64,000 nucleotides of DNA from Escherichia phage SP22. Each line of letters opens with the position of its first letter. Positions within the stretch are counted from its first letter, which is position 1. A model generated the notes under the pieces. The model was given only the letters and a program-made list of their open reading frames with translations, made no database searches and was not told the DNA's origin. Below, one piece after another: positions 32,695 through 42,903 of the stretch. Made by a program: the position numbers and the translations under genes. The stretch lies in sequence record LC519489.1; one strand, given 5' to 3'.

Positions 32695-33594
32695 TTATTT
32701 ACCTACTGATAAAGGTGCTTCAATTTTTCCTGCATGTTGGTAATTATTAATACCACCGATAAAATCACTTGCAGTGAGATGTTTTAAGTCACTTAAAGTG
32801 TTAAGTGGGATACCAATCTCAAAAGTTGGTGCATGGAACTCTTCATTGTTCATCAGTTCATAAACCTGTTTCATATGGTTCTGATAAATCTGAGTATCTC
32901 CAAAGACTCCTATCAAGTACCGTGGAGTGTATCCAGTCATCTTACAAAGAACTTCCAGAATAAAGCCGTAAGATGCAATGTTAAATGGAAGTCCTAAAAA
33001 GGTGTCTACAGAACGCTGATACCATTGCAAATCTACTTCACCTTCATTAGTAATGTAAATCTGAAACAGAACATGACAAGGTGCTAAAGCCATTGAGTTT
33101 GCTGCGATATCTGCTGCATTCCAAGCATTAACAAGCATGTATCTGTCTGTGATATCACCCTTCATCTTCGTTACTAAGGTCTCTAGCTGGTCTACAACAC
33201 AACCGTTATGACCTTCAAAGTTTCTCCACTGAACTCCATAGATTCTCCCACCTGCATCCTCTAACCAATCTTGTTCAGAAGAATAATTAGAGCTTAACCA
33301 ACGTTTAAAATCATCTGACCAGATAGTCCAGCGTTCTCCGTCATTTTCATCCCAAGTACGGTAACGAAGTTCACCCAGCTTATTCTCACCATTCAGGAAC
33401 CATAAAGCCTCCCCAATAACTTGCCGTGTAAACACCTGTTTAGATGTTAAGAGCGGGAAACCAGTCCTCATATCAAAACGAAACTGAGGTGGAGCAAAAG
33501 CAGAGATAACATCTCCAGTTCGTGTAGTACGCAGTTCACCAACGGATAAAACATGGTTCAGGATATTTTTGTAACTTGTATCTGCTTGTGACAT
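32695..33594 (-). CDS. thyA: Thymidylate synthase
   Basis: Active-site ALAPCH motif; 299 aa. Confidence 0.85.
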   Translation of the reverse strand: MSQADTSYKNILNHVLSVGELRTTRTGDVISAFAPPQFRFDMRTGFPLLTSKQVFTRQVIGEALWFLNGENKLGELRYRTWDENDGERWTIWSDDFKRWLSSNYSSEQDWLEDAGGRIYGVQWRNFEGHNGCVVDQLETLVTKMKGDITDRYMLVNAWNAADIAANSMALAPCHVLFQIYITNEGEVDLQWYQRSVDTFLGLPFNIASYGFILEVLCKMTGYTPRYLIGVFGDTQIYQNHMKQVYELMNNEEFHAPTFEIGIPLNTLSDLKHLTASDFIGGINNYQHAGKIEAPLSVGK

Positions 33595-33595
33595 A

Positions 33596-34141
33596 TCAAA
33601 AGTGTCCTTTTACTTGTGGAACATAAATTTCAAAAGTTGCTTTACCATCCTCTGATGGTTTTGACTGTACCTTTGTAAACACACGGTTATCATACAGCTT
33701 CTCAAAGAAGTTTTCAAAAGGTAAATGCACAGTGGCCTCTTCAGTAACTTTATGGAAAACAGTATGGAACACCACACTAGCATACGGTAAAGCATTGACA
33801 AGGATATCTGCACCACCAATTACAAAGACATCTTCATCAATAGAGCTATCAAGATACTTCAAAAATGCTCCAAATGACTCTTTACTGGCTTTAGCATACA
33901 TTACATCATCTTTGCCAAAGTCTATGCCTAAGTATGGTACAGAATTTGTTAAGATGAGGTTTGCACGTTCTGGTAAAGGTTTACTACCCAGAGTCTTAAA
34001 AGTCTCATTACCCATGACTACTAAGTTATTTTTAGTGAGTCTCTTAAACTCTTGCATGTCCTGTTTATGTCGAGGCCACGGCATACCAGTCGGTGTACCA
34101 AATTCACCGTTTTCACCACTTGCAAATATTAGCTTAATCAT
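33596..34141 (-). CDS. Dihydrofolate reductase
   Basis: GMPWP and VVMGNETFKTLG motifs; adjacent to thyA. Confidence 0.75.
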   Translation of the reverse strand: MIKLIFASGENGEFGTPTGMPWPRHKQDMQEFKRLTKNNLVVMGNETFKTLGSKPLPERANLILTNSVPYLGIDFGKDDVMYAKASKESFGAFLKYLDSSIDEDVFVIGGADILVNALPYASVVFHTVFHKVTEEATVHLPFENFFEKLYDNRVFTKVQSKPSEDGKATFEIYVPQVKGHF

Positions 34142-34398
34142 TTTGTAAACCCTTTCTTAATGAACCAGTTAATAACATTCTTCACAGCTTTATTGCTGTG
34201 GTAGATTAAGTGTGGTGTAGGTTGGTATGAACCATAGGCCCAGAATGATAGATGCTCACCACAACCAACACATGTAGTACTTTCTTCAGCTATATGGCCA
34301 TTAACAATCACATGAACTTCACCTTGTAAGTCTGTACACCCACAATGTGGACATCGGATAGGTGTTCCGTCAGGCTCATAGCAGTGTTCAATTTTCAT
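34138..34398 (-). CDS. Zinc-ribbon protein
   Basis: CPHCGC ... CVGCGEH cysteine pairs. Confidence 0.45.
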   Translation of the reverse strand: MKIEHCYEPDGTPIRCPHCGCTDLQGEVHVIVNGHIAEESTTCVGCGEHLSFWAYGSYQPTPHLIYHSNKAVKNVINWFIKKGFTK

Positions 34399-34914
34399 TT
34401 ATTTAACCTCAAAAACTGGTTCAAGAACCAATATAAAGTCTACACAGTCATCTTCTTCATCCAGAATACCATCAAAGTTCTTAGGAACGAAGTCGAAGAG
34501 GCTCATCACAAAACAGTCAGAAGTAACCTTTATAGTTCCCCCCATGTTCTCTACAGTTAACACTGTACGACTTTCTTTTACCTCCCTCAGAAGATTACCC
34601 ACAAAGTCATCTAAGAAGTACTTCATCAATGACTTGAAACCTTTAGGGTAATCTGTACCAGAGTATGTTTCAATCTGAGGCACAAGCTTAACATTTATAC
34701 TAGTCTTTGTTAAGAATGCACTAGAGAACATACTATCAGGTAGCTTACAAACAGTCTTTCCAGTACCTTCATGTTCAATCTCAACAAAACCAGCTTCATC
34801 GCCACATGTAACTATTTTAAAAGATGCTTCATTCTCATACTGTGAAGCCATAAACTTTTTAAGCATCTCTTTAAGGAAGTCTGCATGAGCATCTTGTAAG
34901 AAGATATCAATCAT
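34399..34914 (-). CDS. Hypothetical protein
   Basis: ORF track. Confidence 0.45.
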   Translation of the reverse strand: MIDIFLQDAHADFLKEMLKKFMASQYENEASFKIVTCGDEAGFVEIEHEGTGKTVCKLPDSMFSSAFLTKTSINVKLVPQIETYSGTDYPKGFKSLMKYFLDDFVGNLLREVKESRTVLTVENMGGTIKVTSDCFVMSLFDFVPKNFDGILDEEDDCVDFILVLEPVFEVK

Positions 34915-34927
34915 AGTTAATCACCTA

Positions 34928-35287
34928 TTATGGGAACAAGCACTTAATGTCGTCGTTTTTGAAAACAAAACTCGTGTAGTTGTGACCATCAACATCCAAC
35001 CAAACAGCCTGAACATCTACACCGTCAAGATTATGGTAAAGCTCTTTGATGAAGTGGTCTTTTACAATCTGACTACTAGTGGTTTCCAGCTTAATGTTCG
35101 AGATTGCTGAACCTACAGCCATGTAGCCCATGACACGTTTCTTCTCAGTGTGCTTAATCTTACCATCTTTGTAAGCCATAATGAGATTGGAAAGAATTTT
35201 TACACCGTAGTACTTTTCAAGGTGAGTAGGTGCACCATAAAAGCCTAATGCGAAGTTTTCAGAGTGGATAATGTTTTCACGTTTCAT
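34928..35287 (-). CDS. Hypothetical protein
   Basis: ORF track. Confidence 0.45.
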   Translation of the reverse strand: MKRENIIHSENFALGFYGAPTHLEKYYGVKILSNLIMAYKDGKIKHTEKKRVMGYMAVGSAISNIKLETTSSQIVKDHFIKELYHNLDGVDVQAVWLDVDGHNYTSFVFKNDDIKCLFP

Positions 35288-35288
35288 A

Positions 35289-35618
35289 TTAATCTGCCAA
35301 CCTTAAATTGAAATTAACACCAAATTTTTCACACACTTCCAACATATACTCAAGAGAGACATTCCCAGTGAGGTGGATTATGTTGGATACACGAGCTTGA
35401 GAGATACCACAAATTTTAGCGACTTGTTCTTGAGAAAGACCTCTGGATTTAATCTCTCTCTTAAAACGATGTGCAACGAAGTCTCTCATTTCGTCTACAT
35501 CCATTGGACAAATATAACTCTCCATTTCAGCCTCTCTATCAGCCTCCCAATCATCTTGTGGAGCATAAGGGTCAAAAACCTCATTCATCTTTCTTCTTCC
35601 GTTTACGTGAAGTATCAA
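35289..35618 (-). CDS. Helix-turn-helix (XRE-like) DNA-binding protein
   Basis: LSQEQVAKICGISQARVSNI motif. Confidence 0.5.
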   Translation of the reverse strand: MILHVNGRRKMNEVFDPYAPQDDWEADREAEMESYICPMDVDEMRDFVAHRFKREIKSRGLSQEQVAKICGISQARVSNIIHLTGNVSLEYMLEVCEKFGVNFNLRLAD

Positions 35619-35793
35619 TTAATGAGTCTATGTTTGTAGCTCTGACCTTTTCACGTTCATCATTAAGATAATCATCAAGAGCCTTTTCAATCTGTGAATC
35701 ATCTTGACAGATGACTGTAAAGACTGTAAAGCCGTCTGTATCGTCAATTATCTTACCATAACCGCTTCTGGGATGTAACTTTTTAAGAGCCAT
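35581..35793 (-). CDS. Hypothetical protein
   Basis: ORF track. Confidence 0.35.
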   Translation of the reverse strand: MALKKLHPRSGYGKIIDDTDGFTVFTVICQDDSQIEKALDDYLNDEREKVRATNIDSLIDTSRKRKKKDE

Positions 35794-35794
35794 A

Positions 35795-36178
35795 TCAAAT
35801 ACCTGTGCAGCTTCTGTTTTCTAAGAAATACTCAACACCATACATAGCTTTTTGCATCAAATCTTCTTTAAACTGGATACGGTGGTTGAGCATCGCCTGT
35901 ACATCAATATCATCATGGTGCTTCTCTTTAATATTTGCAGATTGCAGGAAATACTCTGCAAGAACGCGATATTGATAGTCAGTCACCTTATCAGTCATCT
36001 CTGTCAAAGACTCTTCAGAAATTGGTTTTAGTAGCTCACCATTAGCTAGAGCAACACCTTTTACAATCTGACAAGTATCCTCTGGGACACCTGATAAGTT
36101 CACATTTGGCAGTTCTGTTGCATTGACTGGTAAATTCATTGCCATAATCATTGCAGCAGCTAATAAAATCTTTTTCAT
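35795..36178 (-). CDS. Secreted/periplasmic hypothetical protein
   Basis: Signal-peptide-like N-terminus MKKILLAAAMIMAMNLPVNA. Confidence 0.45.
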   Translation of the reverse strand: MKKILLAAAMIMAMNLPVNATELPNVNLSGVPEDTCQIVKGVALANGELLKPISEESLTEMTDKVTDYQYRVLAEYFLQSANIKEKHHDDIDVQAMLNHRIQFKEDLMQKAMYGVEYFLENRSCTGI

Positions 36179-36459
36179 AATGACCTCAAAGTTATATTAA
36201 ATTTTGTATTACGTTGAGTATAAAAATAAGCTATAACACCTGACTTGTCAACAGATTTTATAGCTTATTTGGCAGATTTTTTATAAGGCTACTGCCATCC
36301 TTCCATACCAGACTACACCATGCAAGACCAGACTTCACATCACCTTACCGTGCAATACATTACTTAAAAACCCTCTTAGAAGACTCTTAAGTGATGCTGG
36401 TGAGTACCTGTTGGTTTATGCTGCTCAGTATACTCACCAAATTTTCTATGTCAACAACT

Positions 36460-36606
36460 TTATATAAAAGCCCTGATAACTATATGTGTTACAAAACAGA
36501 AGATTGTGAACAAGACACCCATTGCAAAGGATGTGTTCAAAAGTTTACTTGTTATGTAAGATAACACAAAGACAACTAATGCAAACAGAATGATTGTGCT
36601 TAACAT
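36460..36606 (-). CDS. Small hydrophobic peptide (48 aa, two predicted membrane helices), not in ORF track
   Basis: Hand translation of minus strand: MLSTIILFALVVFVLSYITSKLLNTSFAMGVLFTIFCFVTHIVIRAFI. Confidence 0.3.
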   Translation of the reverse strand: MLSTIILFALVVFVLSYITSKLLNTSFAMGVLFTIFCFVTHIVIRAFI

Positions 36607-36609
36607 AGT

Positions 36610-37749
36610 TTACTCATAATCCCTAATAACTAGCCCAACAGGGAACTGTAAAGACCCTTTACGAGTCATCTTCTGGAACTGAACCGTTAAAGGTTTCCCG
36701 ATAAACTCATCAGGATGCTCAGCAAGGTACTGTTTCTTCTCATGAGTAGTCTTCCATGAGACATCTACAAAGACGTTAGGAAGAGTCTCTACAACGAACT
36801 TGCCATGACCACGTTTATCGGTCTTTACACCAGTCACTTTAAACTCTTCAGTGTGCATCTTCTTGTGCTTAATCAAGAAGTATGAACGGTGACCACACTC
36901 GTAGAAGGAGTCTTCAGAGATTGAACGGTACATTGCACCTTCAAACTTAGCTTCAACCCACTTATCATGAGCTTCATCAAACTCTTCCCAAGAATTTACA
37001 CGACGAGACTTAACAGGAACAACTTTACAGCCATCCCTGAAGTCATTCAATGGTGAAGTCTCAATGATATCTCTACGCTCAGGCCACGTCTTAGTACTGT
37101 CACAGATATCATACCAGTAAAACTTGAGTAGGTGTCTGTCAGGATTGTCTTCATTTTTAATCATGGAGACGATATCTTCTAAGTCCCACCCATGAGCATA
37201 AATCTCTCCATCAAATTCATCAACATCTTTGTGGAGCCTTAACATTACCATAATGTCAGGTATTAGTTCAGTAGGGATTTTGTAAACAGTATTCTCACGA
37301 GAATATGCTGTAAATACACTGCCAATACTCAAGTGCCTTGAAATCCTACAACGGACACCATCAAGTTTCGGTTGAGCATCAGCAGGGAACTTCAGATACT
37401 TTGCATGGCTAACCTTTGCAGCATCATGAGCAAGCTGTACACCTACCTTCTCGGTATTCTGTGCAGACTCTTTTGTGTAAGCATAACCTTTGCGGTCAAC
37501 CTGCTTTTTATACTTTGCAGCAACTTCAAAGAGAGCTTGCTGTTCAGCGTTACGCTCATTCTTTTTACCGATGTTTTTAGGTTCTGCTGTATACTCTTCA
37601 AACATCATCTTGCCATTTTCTTTACCATACGTGGTAACAACTTTGTCACCTACAGCAACACATGACCAGACGTTGAAGGAGCCATCTTTATTTTGTTTGT
37701 ACAGAATTGTCATTTTTAACCTCTGAATGATACCAAGTATAACAAGCAT
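36610..37749 (-). CDS. ATP-dependent DNA ligase
   Basis: Adenylation KxDG motif (PKLDGVRC); 379 aa. Confidence 0.7.
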   Translation of the reverse strand: MLVILGIIQRLKMTILYKQNKDGSFNVWSCVAVGDKVVTTYGKENGKMMFEEYTAEPKNIGKKNERNAEQQALFEVAAKYKKQVDRKGYAYTKESAQNTEKVGVQLAHDAAKVSHAKYLKFPADAQPKLDGVRCRISRHLSIGSVFTAYSRENTVYKIPTELIPDIMVMLRLHKDVDEFDGEIYAHGWDLEDIVSMIKNEDNPDRHLLKFYWYDICDSTKTWPERRDIIETSPLNDFRDGCKVVPVKSRRVNSWEEFDEAHDKWVEAKFEGAMYRSISEDSFYECGHRSYFLIKHKKMHTEEFKVTGVKTDKRGHGKFVVETLPNVFVDVSWKTTHEKKQYLAEHPDEFIGKPLTVQFQKMTRKGSLQFPVGLVIRDYE

Positions 37750-37906
37750 TACATGCGTAAAGCTCTAAGTCATTTTTATCTGGTTTATGGAAACAGTTTG
37801 ACCCACAACGACACCGGAATAGCTTACCATCAACACGAAGAATGAATGTTTCAAGCTCACCATCTTCTGTAAGAACTGCGTTCTTAAATTTATCTTCTAC
37901 AGTCAT
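37688..37906 (-). CDS. Small zinc-finger protein
   Basis: CRCGSNC ... CNAC cysteine pairs. Confidence 0.4.
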   Translation of the reverse strand: MTVEDKFKNAVLTEDGELETFILRVDGKLFRCRCGSNCFHKPDKNDLELYACNACYTWYHSEVKNDNSVQTK

Positions 37907-38208
37907 TTTCTCTTACCACCAATCTCTACGTCGATAACCTGAACATCACCAGCAACATCAAACTTATGGATGATGCTTTCCACAGTGTAAGTCCAACCCT
38001 CGATGCGAACCAACTCACCTTCTCGTGGGACGATTGGGTTACGTTGAGCTACGGTTGTAGTGGAGTGAACAACATCATAACAATAGATATAGTTTACTAG
38101 GACTTCCATCGTGAAAACCTCACTCAATAACCGTAGTGTGTGATTGACCATTTTTCCCATAACTATAAGATGTTGTTGTTTGAGAGTTTGGACATCTGAC
38201 AACAACAA
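37903..38208 (-). CDS. Hypothetical protein
   Basis: ORF track. Confidence 0.4.
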   Translation of the reverse strand: MLLSDVQTLKQQHLIVMGKMVNHTLRLLSEVFTMEVLVNYIYCYDVVHSTTTVAQRNPIVPREGELVRIEGWTYTVESIIHKFDVAGDVQVIDVEIGGKRK

Positions 38209-38377
38209 TATCTCTGCTTATGGCATCACCATGTAACTTATAGACTTTGCAATCTTGCATCTCTGGTGGGAGGCTATAAGAAGCGTTTTTGTCCTCGTAA
38301 GAGGGGTTGCAGCCAGATAGAAAAATTACTCCAAGTGCAACCATTGCTTTCACACAACTCTTAACCTTATTGTTCAC
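38120..38377 (-). CDS. Small lipoprotein (putative)
   Basis: Signal peptide ending in lipobox-like LSGC. Confidence 0.4.
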   Translation of the reverse strand: MNNKVKSCVKAMVALGVIFLSGCNPSYEDKNASYSLPPEMQDCKVYKLHGDAISRDIVVVRCPNSQTTTSYSYGKNGQSHTTVIE

Positions 38378-38509
38378 GATAGTCTACCTCTCTGTATGTT
38401 TTTAAATAGTGAGTAATGAGTTCTGGTAATTCACTACGTTTAACGTTTGAACGAAGAAGTGTCCAGTCAAAACCTTTACCAACCCTTCCCCAGAGACTGT
38501 ACATTTTCT

Positions 38510-38743
38510 TCATAGCAACTCCAGAATATCAATACGCTCGCCTTTGAGTACTCCAGTACGGTCTTTTGCAATCTTACCTTCAACAATAAGAATGTGTGTA
38601 GACCTTAAAGTGTCGCTGTTAAAGGTTTTTACGAACCTACTAGGCATGACTACAATGCACATCTCCTGAATCAACTCTGGAGTATAGCAGTTGTCGTGAA
38701 GTTGCTGAATAACGTCTGCAAGTGTCATTTTTGATGCCTCCAA
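38510..38743 (-). CDS. Hypothetical protein
   Basis: ORF track. Confidence 0.4.
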   Translation of the reverse strand: MEASKMTLADVIQQLHDNCYTPELIQEMCIVVMPSRFVKTFNSDTLRSTHILIVEGKIAKDRTGVLKGERIDILELL

Positions 38744-38934
38744 TACTCAATATCAATAAGTTCTTGTGCAATGCTTTTAAGGTTACCTTTCAAGAAAAAC
38801 TTCTCAGAACCTGAAAGAGATGAATTGTCAATTAACCTGTTCATCCTCTCAAACAACTTCTGCTTACGATTCTTGATAGTCTCTTTTGAAGCACCTTTCA
38901 TCATCGCTGCATGGGTTCTTCCACGGTGGCTCAT
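38725..38934 (-). CDS. Hypothetical protein
   Basis: ORF track. Confidence 0.35.
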   Translation of the reverse strand: MSHRGRTHAAMMKGASKETIKNRKQKLFERMNRLIDNSSLSGSEKFFLKGNLKSIAQELIDIEYWRHQK

Positions 38935-38985
38935 AAGCCCTCCTATATAAGATATAGTATAAGGTACTCTTCCATGAGCACCTTG

Positions 38986-39552
38986 TCAACTTAGTTTTGC
39001 AAACTCTCCGTGGAGTTTAATAGCAGCTTCACAGTAAGCTTTATGGGCTTCTTCAGGCGTGTCATAGTAACCTAATGACATCTTTTTACCTTTATAGCTT
39101 ATTTGCGCAACCCACCTACCAGACTTCTTCTTCAGGCTTACACCTTTATAGCCTGATTTATTGGTGGATAGTTTGCTTTTATTCCAAGCACTTTGGCAGT
39201 CATCTGCTTCTCTTAAGTTTACAACCCTGTTATCAAGAGAGTCCCCATTAATATGGTCAATAACACCTTTCGGTAGCCTACCATACACGTACAGCCATGC
39301 GAGTCTGTGTGCTTTATGTGCTTTCTTGTCAAAATAGATAGTAATCTGCTTATGACCAGTTGAGTCAATCTGGATGCTCCCCGCTACCTGTCCGGCGTAC
39401 TTACTATTAAAGACTTTAACAGCCCTTGAGTCACCATCTCTACGAAGCCAAGTAAAGACCCCTGTTTCGGGGTCATAGTGTAGTAGTTCCTTTAAACGTT
39501 CTTGTGTAATCATTTTGTCACCATTAATGCACTTCCAACCACGATTTACCAA
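38986..39552 (-). CDS. HNH homing endonuclease with AP2-type DNA-binding domain
   Basis: HNH motif IDHINGDSLDNRVVNLR plus AP2-like YKGVSLKKKSGRWVAQISYKGKKMSLGYYDTPEEA; overlaps 3' end of polymerase gene. Confidence 0.6.
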   Translation of the reverse strand: MVNRGWKCINGDKMITQERLKELLHYDPETGVFTWLRRDGDSRAVKVFNSKYAGQVAGSIQIDSTGHKQITIYFDKKAHKAHRLAWLYVYGRLPKGVIDHINGDSLDNRVVNLREADDCQSAWNKSKLSTNKSGYKGVSLKKKSGRWVAQISYKGKKMSLGYYDTPEEAHKAYCEAAIKLHGEFAKLS

Positions 39553-42253
39553 CCTTACCAGTACCAGTTACCAGTGTTTCACTCTTTAGTCCTAAGTTCT
39601 TAGAGGCTTGCCCGTAATACCAATCAGTGACAGCCTTCACCTCTGCCGTCATACTTTCTGGACATTCCCAACTTGTCTCGTCGTGATAGGAGCACAATAA
39701 ACGAGCACCTATAGCTGGTTTACGACCGTTCAACTTCATCAAACCTTCGTCAATCATACGACGGCAAGCAAGGTTAATTGCCTCGTTCTGAATCTGACTT
39801 TCCGAACCCATGAGCAAATAATTCAACAGTTTGTGTGGAGATTTACACCACAACCAAGCTCCAGCAACCTTTACAAAACCTCCTTTAGAGATTGCAGCAG
39901 TCTTACCAAACACCTCTTCAAGTGCCTTTTTAGTTGCTTTGTAGTCAGCTTCCAAGTCATCTAGCAGCTTCTTAATTTTAGGCAAACGAATAAAGTAAGT
40001 CTGTTTAGTCAGCGCACCTTCCTGAGTAGTTGCAGCTTTAATCGTCTTAGCAAACTTCTCATCCCCTGCACCGAACAGTAGTGCATAGATACCATTCTTA
40101 GCTTTCTTACGACCTTTACTAATCTCATGAAGAAGATTCTCATCCTGCGTTGCACGACAAGTCAAGATATCCTGCTCATCATTCAAGCTAAAGTAAATAC
40201 TGTTCAGTGTGTGTGCATCAGTCCCTGAATAGACAACGTATAGGTCATTCTCAGAGTCATAGCGAAGGTACTTATCAATCTCTGGGTTGAGGTACTCATC
40301 AAAGTGTTTGCAGTAATAGCGTCCATCTTCTTGACGAATGAACTCAATTTCTTCTTTACCTTGCGTTACCGCTTTGGTGAAGTCTTTATCACCCATAAAG
40401 TTACAAAGAAGAACTAGCTGGGCTGAGTTCATATCTACAGAGACAACGTTAGTACCTTCCTCACAAATCCACACTGCCCTCATTGGTTCCCCATAGACAG
40501 CAGCACCAGACGGTACGTTTACAATACCATATTGTGTCATACGTCCAGTTGAAGTACCAAACACCATTGCACCAGCACTAAGGCGACCATCAGGACGAAT
40601 CTGGTTCAACCAACCTTTTTCATCATCCTTTGAGTTCTCAATAGTTCTGCGTCGGTGCATCAAAGTATAGTACTTAGCAATCTTCTGTCCAAGCTCACCT
40701 TCAATCGTATCATAAGATGATTCAGTAAGTTTTGGTGAAGTACGGATTAAGCAAGGCTCAAGCAAATCTGTGTACTTCTTCACAGACCAGTTATGCTCAA
40801 TGTACTGTACACCTTCATGTTCAACATAGCTCAAACCACACTGCTCAACCATTTCCTGCCACTTAGGATGTTTTGTAATCATCTTTTTATTGTCTTTGAA
40901 ACGACAAACTTTGACAGGGCGACCGTCTGAGTCTTTCTTGTAGTTCCAGTCATCTGGAATCCAACCAACTGATTTCAAGTAGTCTTTAACAACTGCTACC
41001 TGAGTCATACGAGAAACTTCAAAATCAATTGGTGTATATGGTGCATCAATCAAACCTGTGTAGCGACTTGACTCAAGTTCAAAGTGGTTAACAACGTGAC
41101 TGTTATAGTACTTCACAGTTTTGACTGTTTTCACTGGCTTCCAGTCTTTGCATTTCTTACCAATCTTTGCATTCAACTCATTGCAAATTGCACGAGCATC
41201 CTTCATTGCTACAAAGCCTTCCTTGTACTCTTCACCAGTTACAGAGTTGGTTGGTGTATAGCAATTTCTCTTTTCAATGTTAAAAATCTTTGTAGTTGGC
41301 TTACCAAATGGTTTGATTTCGTATGTCTGCATCTCACCGTTACGCACCTGTTGACGGTACTTCGTCTTAGGATACTTGGTGATTCTCTTCAACCCATCTG
41401 CATGACCAAATGTTTCAACATACTCATTCCAAGCCTTTGCAAACTCTTCACCAGTTACTTTACCTTTGGTCTTAATAGTTGGAGGTAGATGTGGTTCAAC
41501 CTCTGAAGCAAGCTCATTAGTCAACTTGTCAAGTTCCTTTACATGGAACTCCATAAGCTCTTTATCAGCTTTCCAACCATTGATAGCTTGCTGGCTCATC
41601 CAGAAAGATGTTTCTTTAGCTCGCATGTAGGTTTCATAAGTATCTATGCCACACTTCTTAAGCTTGAGATACTCATTATCAAGTGCTCGTTTAGTTTTGG
41701 CGTTAATACGAATATCTTCTACAACACGGGTGAAGATTTCTGCATTCCACACACCCCAATGCTCAATCTCTGGCTTACGAACACCGACACGAGCACCCCA
41801 TGCAGCCAAACCATGAGCACCTTTATAACCCTTTGGAGTTGGTCTATCCATCCACTGAACACGAGACTGGATAAGAGAATCCTGAAAGAAATTACTCCAC
41901 GGCTTACATTTTGGATTATCAAAGTTCCATAAATCCGGTGCAATGTGATTGAAGACCCACCAGTCATAACCGAGGCCGTTATGGATACAAAGTCGTTTTG
42001 CCTTTAACGCAAACTCAACACCTTCACGTAAACCACCCTTAATGTACTTAGTGTACTTGTGACCGAGGATAGGTTCATCTGTAAAGACCCATACAGGTGG
42101 CTCTTCATCGTCAGATTTATAATCTGCGAAAGCCATTACGTGAACTTTAGTGAACTCAAGGAGTAAACCATCAGTTTCTGTATCACCAACTAAATGTAAG
42201 TTTTTAAAATCTACGTTTTCCATTTTTACTCCCTCTAAAATCATTAACCTCAT
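39524..42253 (-). CDS. DNA polymerase, family A (Pol I-like) with 3'-5' exonuclease domain
   Basis: Exo I VGDTETDGL; motif A DMNSAQLVLL; motif B RKKAKNGIYALLFGAG; motif C YHDE. Confidence 0.85.
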   Translation of the reverse strand: MRLMILEGVKMENVDFKNLHLVGDTETDGLLLEFTKVHVMAFADYKSDDEEPPVWVFTDEPILGHKYTKYIKGGLREGVEFALKAKRLCIHNGLGYDWWVFNHIAPDLWNFDNPKCKPWSNFFQDSLIQSRVQWMDRPTPKGYKGAHGLAAWGARVGVRKPEIEHWGVWNAEIFTRVVEDIRINAKTKRALDNEYLKLKKCGIDTYETYMRAKETSFWMSQQAINGWKADKELMEFHVKELDKLTNELASEVEPHLPPTIKTKGKVTGEEFAKAWNEYVETFGHADGLKRITKYPKTKYRQQVRNGEMQTYEIKPFGKPTTKIFNIEKRNCYTPTNSVTGEEYKEGFVAMKDARAICNELNAKIGKKCKDWKPVKTVKTVKYYNSHVVNHFELESSRYTGLIDAPYTPIDFEVSRMTQVAVVKDYLKSVGWIPDDWNYKKDSDGRPVKVCRFKDNKKMITKHPKWQEMVEQCGLSYVEHEGVQYIEHNWSVKKYTDLLEPCLIRTSPKLTESSYDTIEGELGQKIAKYYTLMHRRRTIENSKDDEKGWLNQIRPDGRLSAGAMVFGTSTGRMTQYGIVNVPSGAAVYGEPMRAVWICEEGTNVVSVDMNSAQLVLLCNFMGDKDFTKAVTQGKEEIEFIRQEDGRYYCKHFDEYLNPEIDKYLRYDSENDLYVVYSGTDAHTLNSIYFSLNDEQDILTCRATQDENLLHEISKGRKKAKNGIYALLFGAGDEKFAKTIKAATTQEGALTKQTYFIRLPKIKKLLDDLEADYKATKKALEEVFGKTAAISKGGFVKVAGAWLWCKSPHKLLNYLLMGSESQIQNEAINLACRRMIDEGLMKLNGRKPAIGARLLCSYHDETSWECPESMTAEVKAVTDWYYGQASKNLGLKSETLVTGTGKVGKSWLEVH

Positions 42254-42282
42254 ACATTACTGCAAAAAATTATAAAAAGCAA

Positions 42283-42307
42283 GTTGACAATGTACTTGAC
42301 AAGGTGT
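42283..42307 (+). promoter_or_regulatory. Second copy of conserved element GTTGACAAtGTACTTGACAAGGTGT at head of plus-strand early block
   Basis: 24/25 identical to 94-118; lies in the divergent region between polymerase and the 42480 operon. Confidence 0.4.
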
Positions 42308-42479
42308 TAATCTTTGCGAAGTGGGTTTTACTTAAAAGGTTACTTAACAGTTTAACTATACAGATACTTTAAAACTCTTAAAAGATTATTTAATAGCTTT
42401 TAAAAAGCTTTAAAGTATAACGTATAGAATACGTTAAGATAAAAGATTAAAACTTAATAGTTACTTAAAAGAGGCTTAC

Positions 42480-42902
42480 ATGCAGAAAATGTTTGTTCAC
42501 CCAGACATAGCTGACTTTGTTAGAGCTTTGCAGAAGTTGGAAGAACTTGACATTGCTGCTCAACGGGAATATGCTCACCATCACAGGAGAATGGTTGATA
42601 TACAACATGAAATAGAGTTGTCTGAAAACTATGAAGATGACTTAAAATGCTCTGTATTTGAGCATATGAAAGATGTTGCTACAGCGAGACGTAAAGCTAA
42701 AGACACAGTTGCTTTACTAGATTCTCTTAAAAAGAGGTTGCAAAGTGGTACAGACCTGTGTAATCTAGCGTCACTGATTAATGATGTTGAAACTTCTTGG
42801 GATAGACATTACTATCCACGTTCTGAAAAGACACTTGACTTTTCTTCATCCGAAAACTTAAAATGTTCTAGAAAGAAACTTAACCAACTGAGAGAGAAAT
42901 AA
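42480..42902 (+). CDS. Hypothetical early protein
   Basis: First ORF after conserved element. Confidence 0.45.
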   Translation: MQKMFVHPDIADFVRALQKLEELDIAAQREYAHHHRRMVDIQHEIELSENYEDDLKCSVFEHMKDVATARRKAKDTVALLDSLKKRLQSGTDLCNLASLINDVETSWDRHYYPRSEKTLDFSSSENLKCSRKKLNQLREK

Positions 42903-42903
42903 T

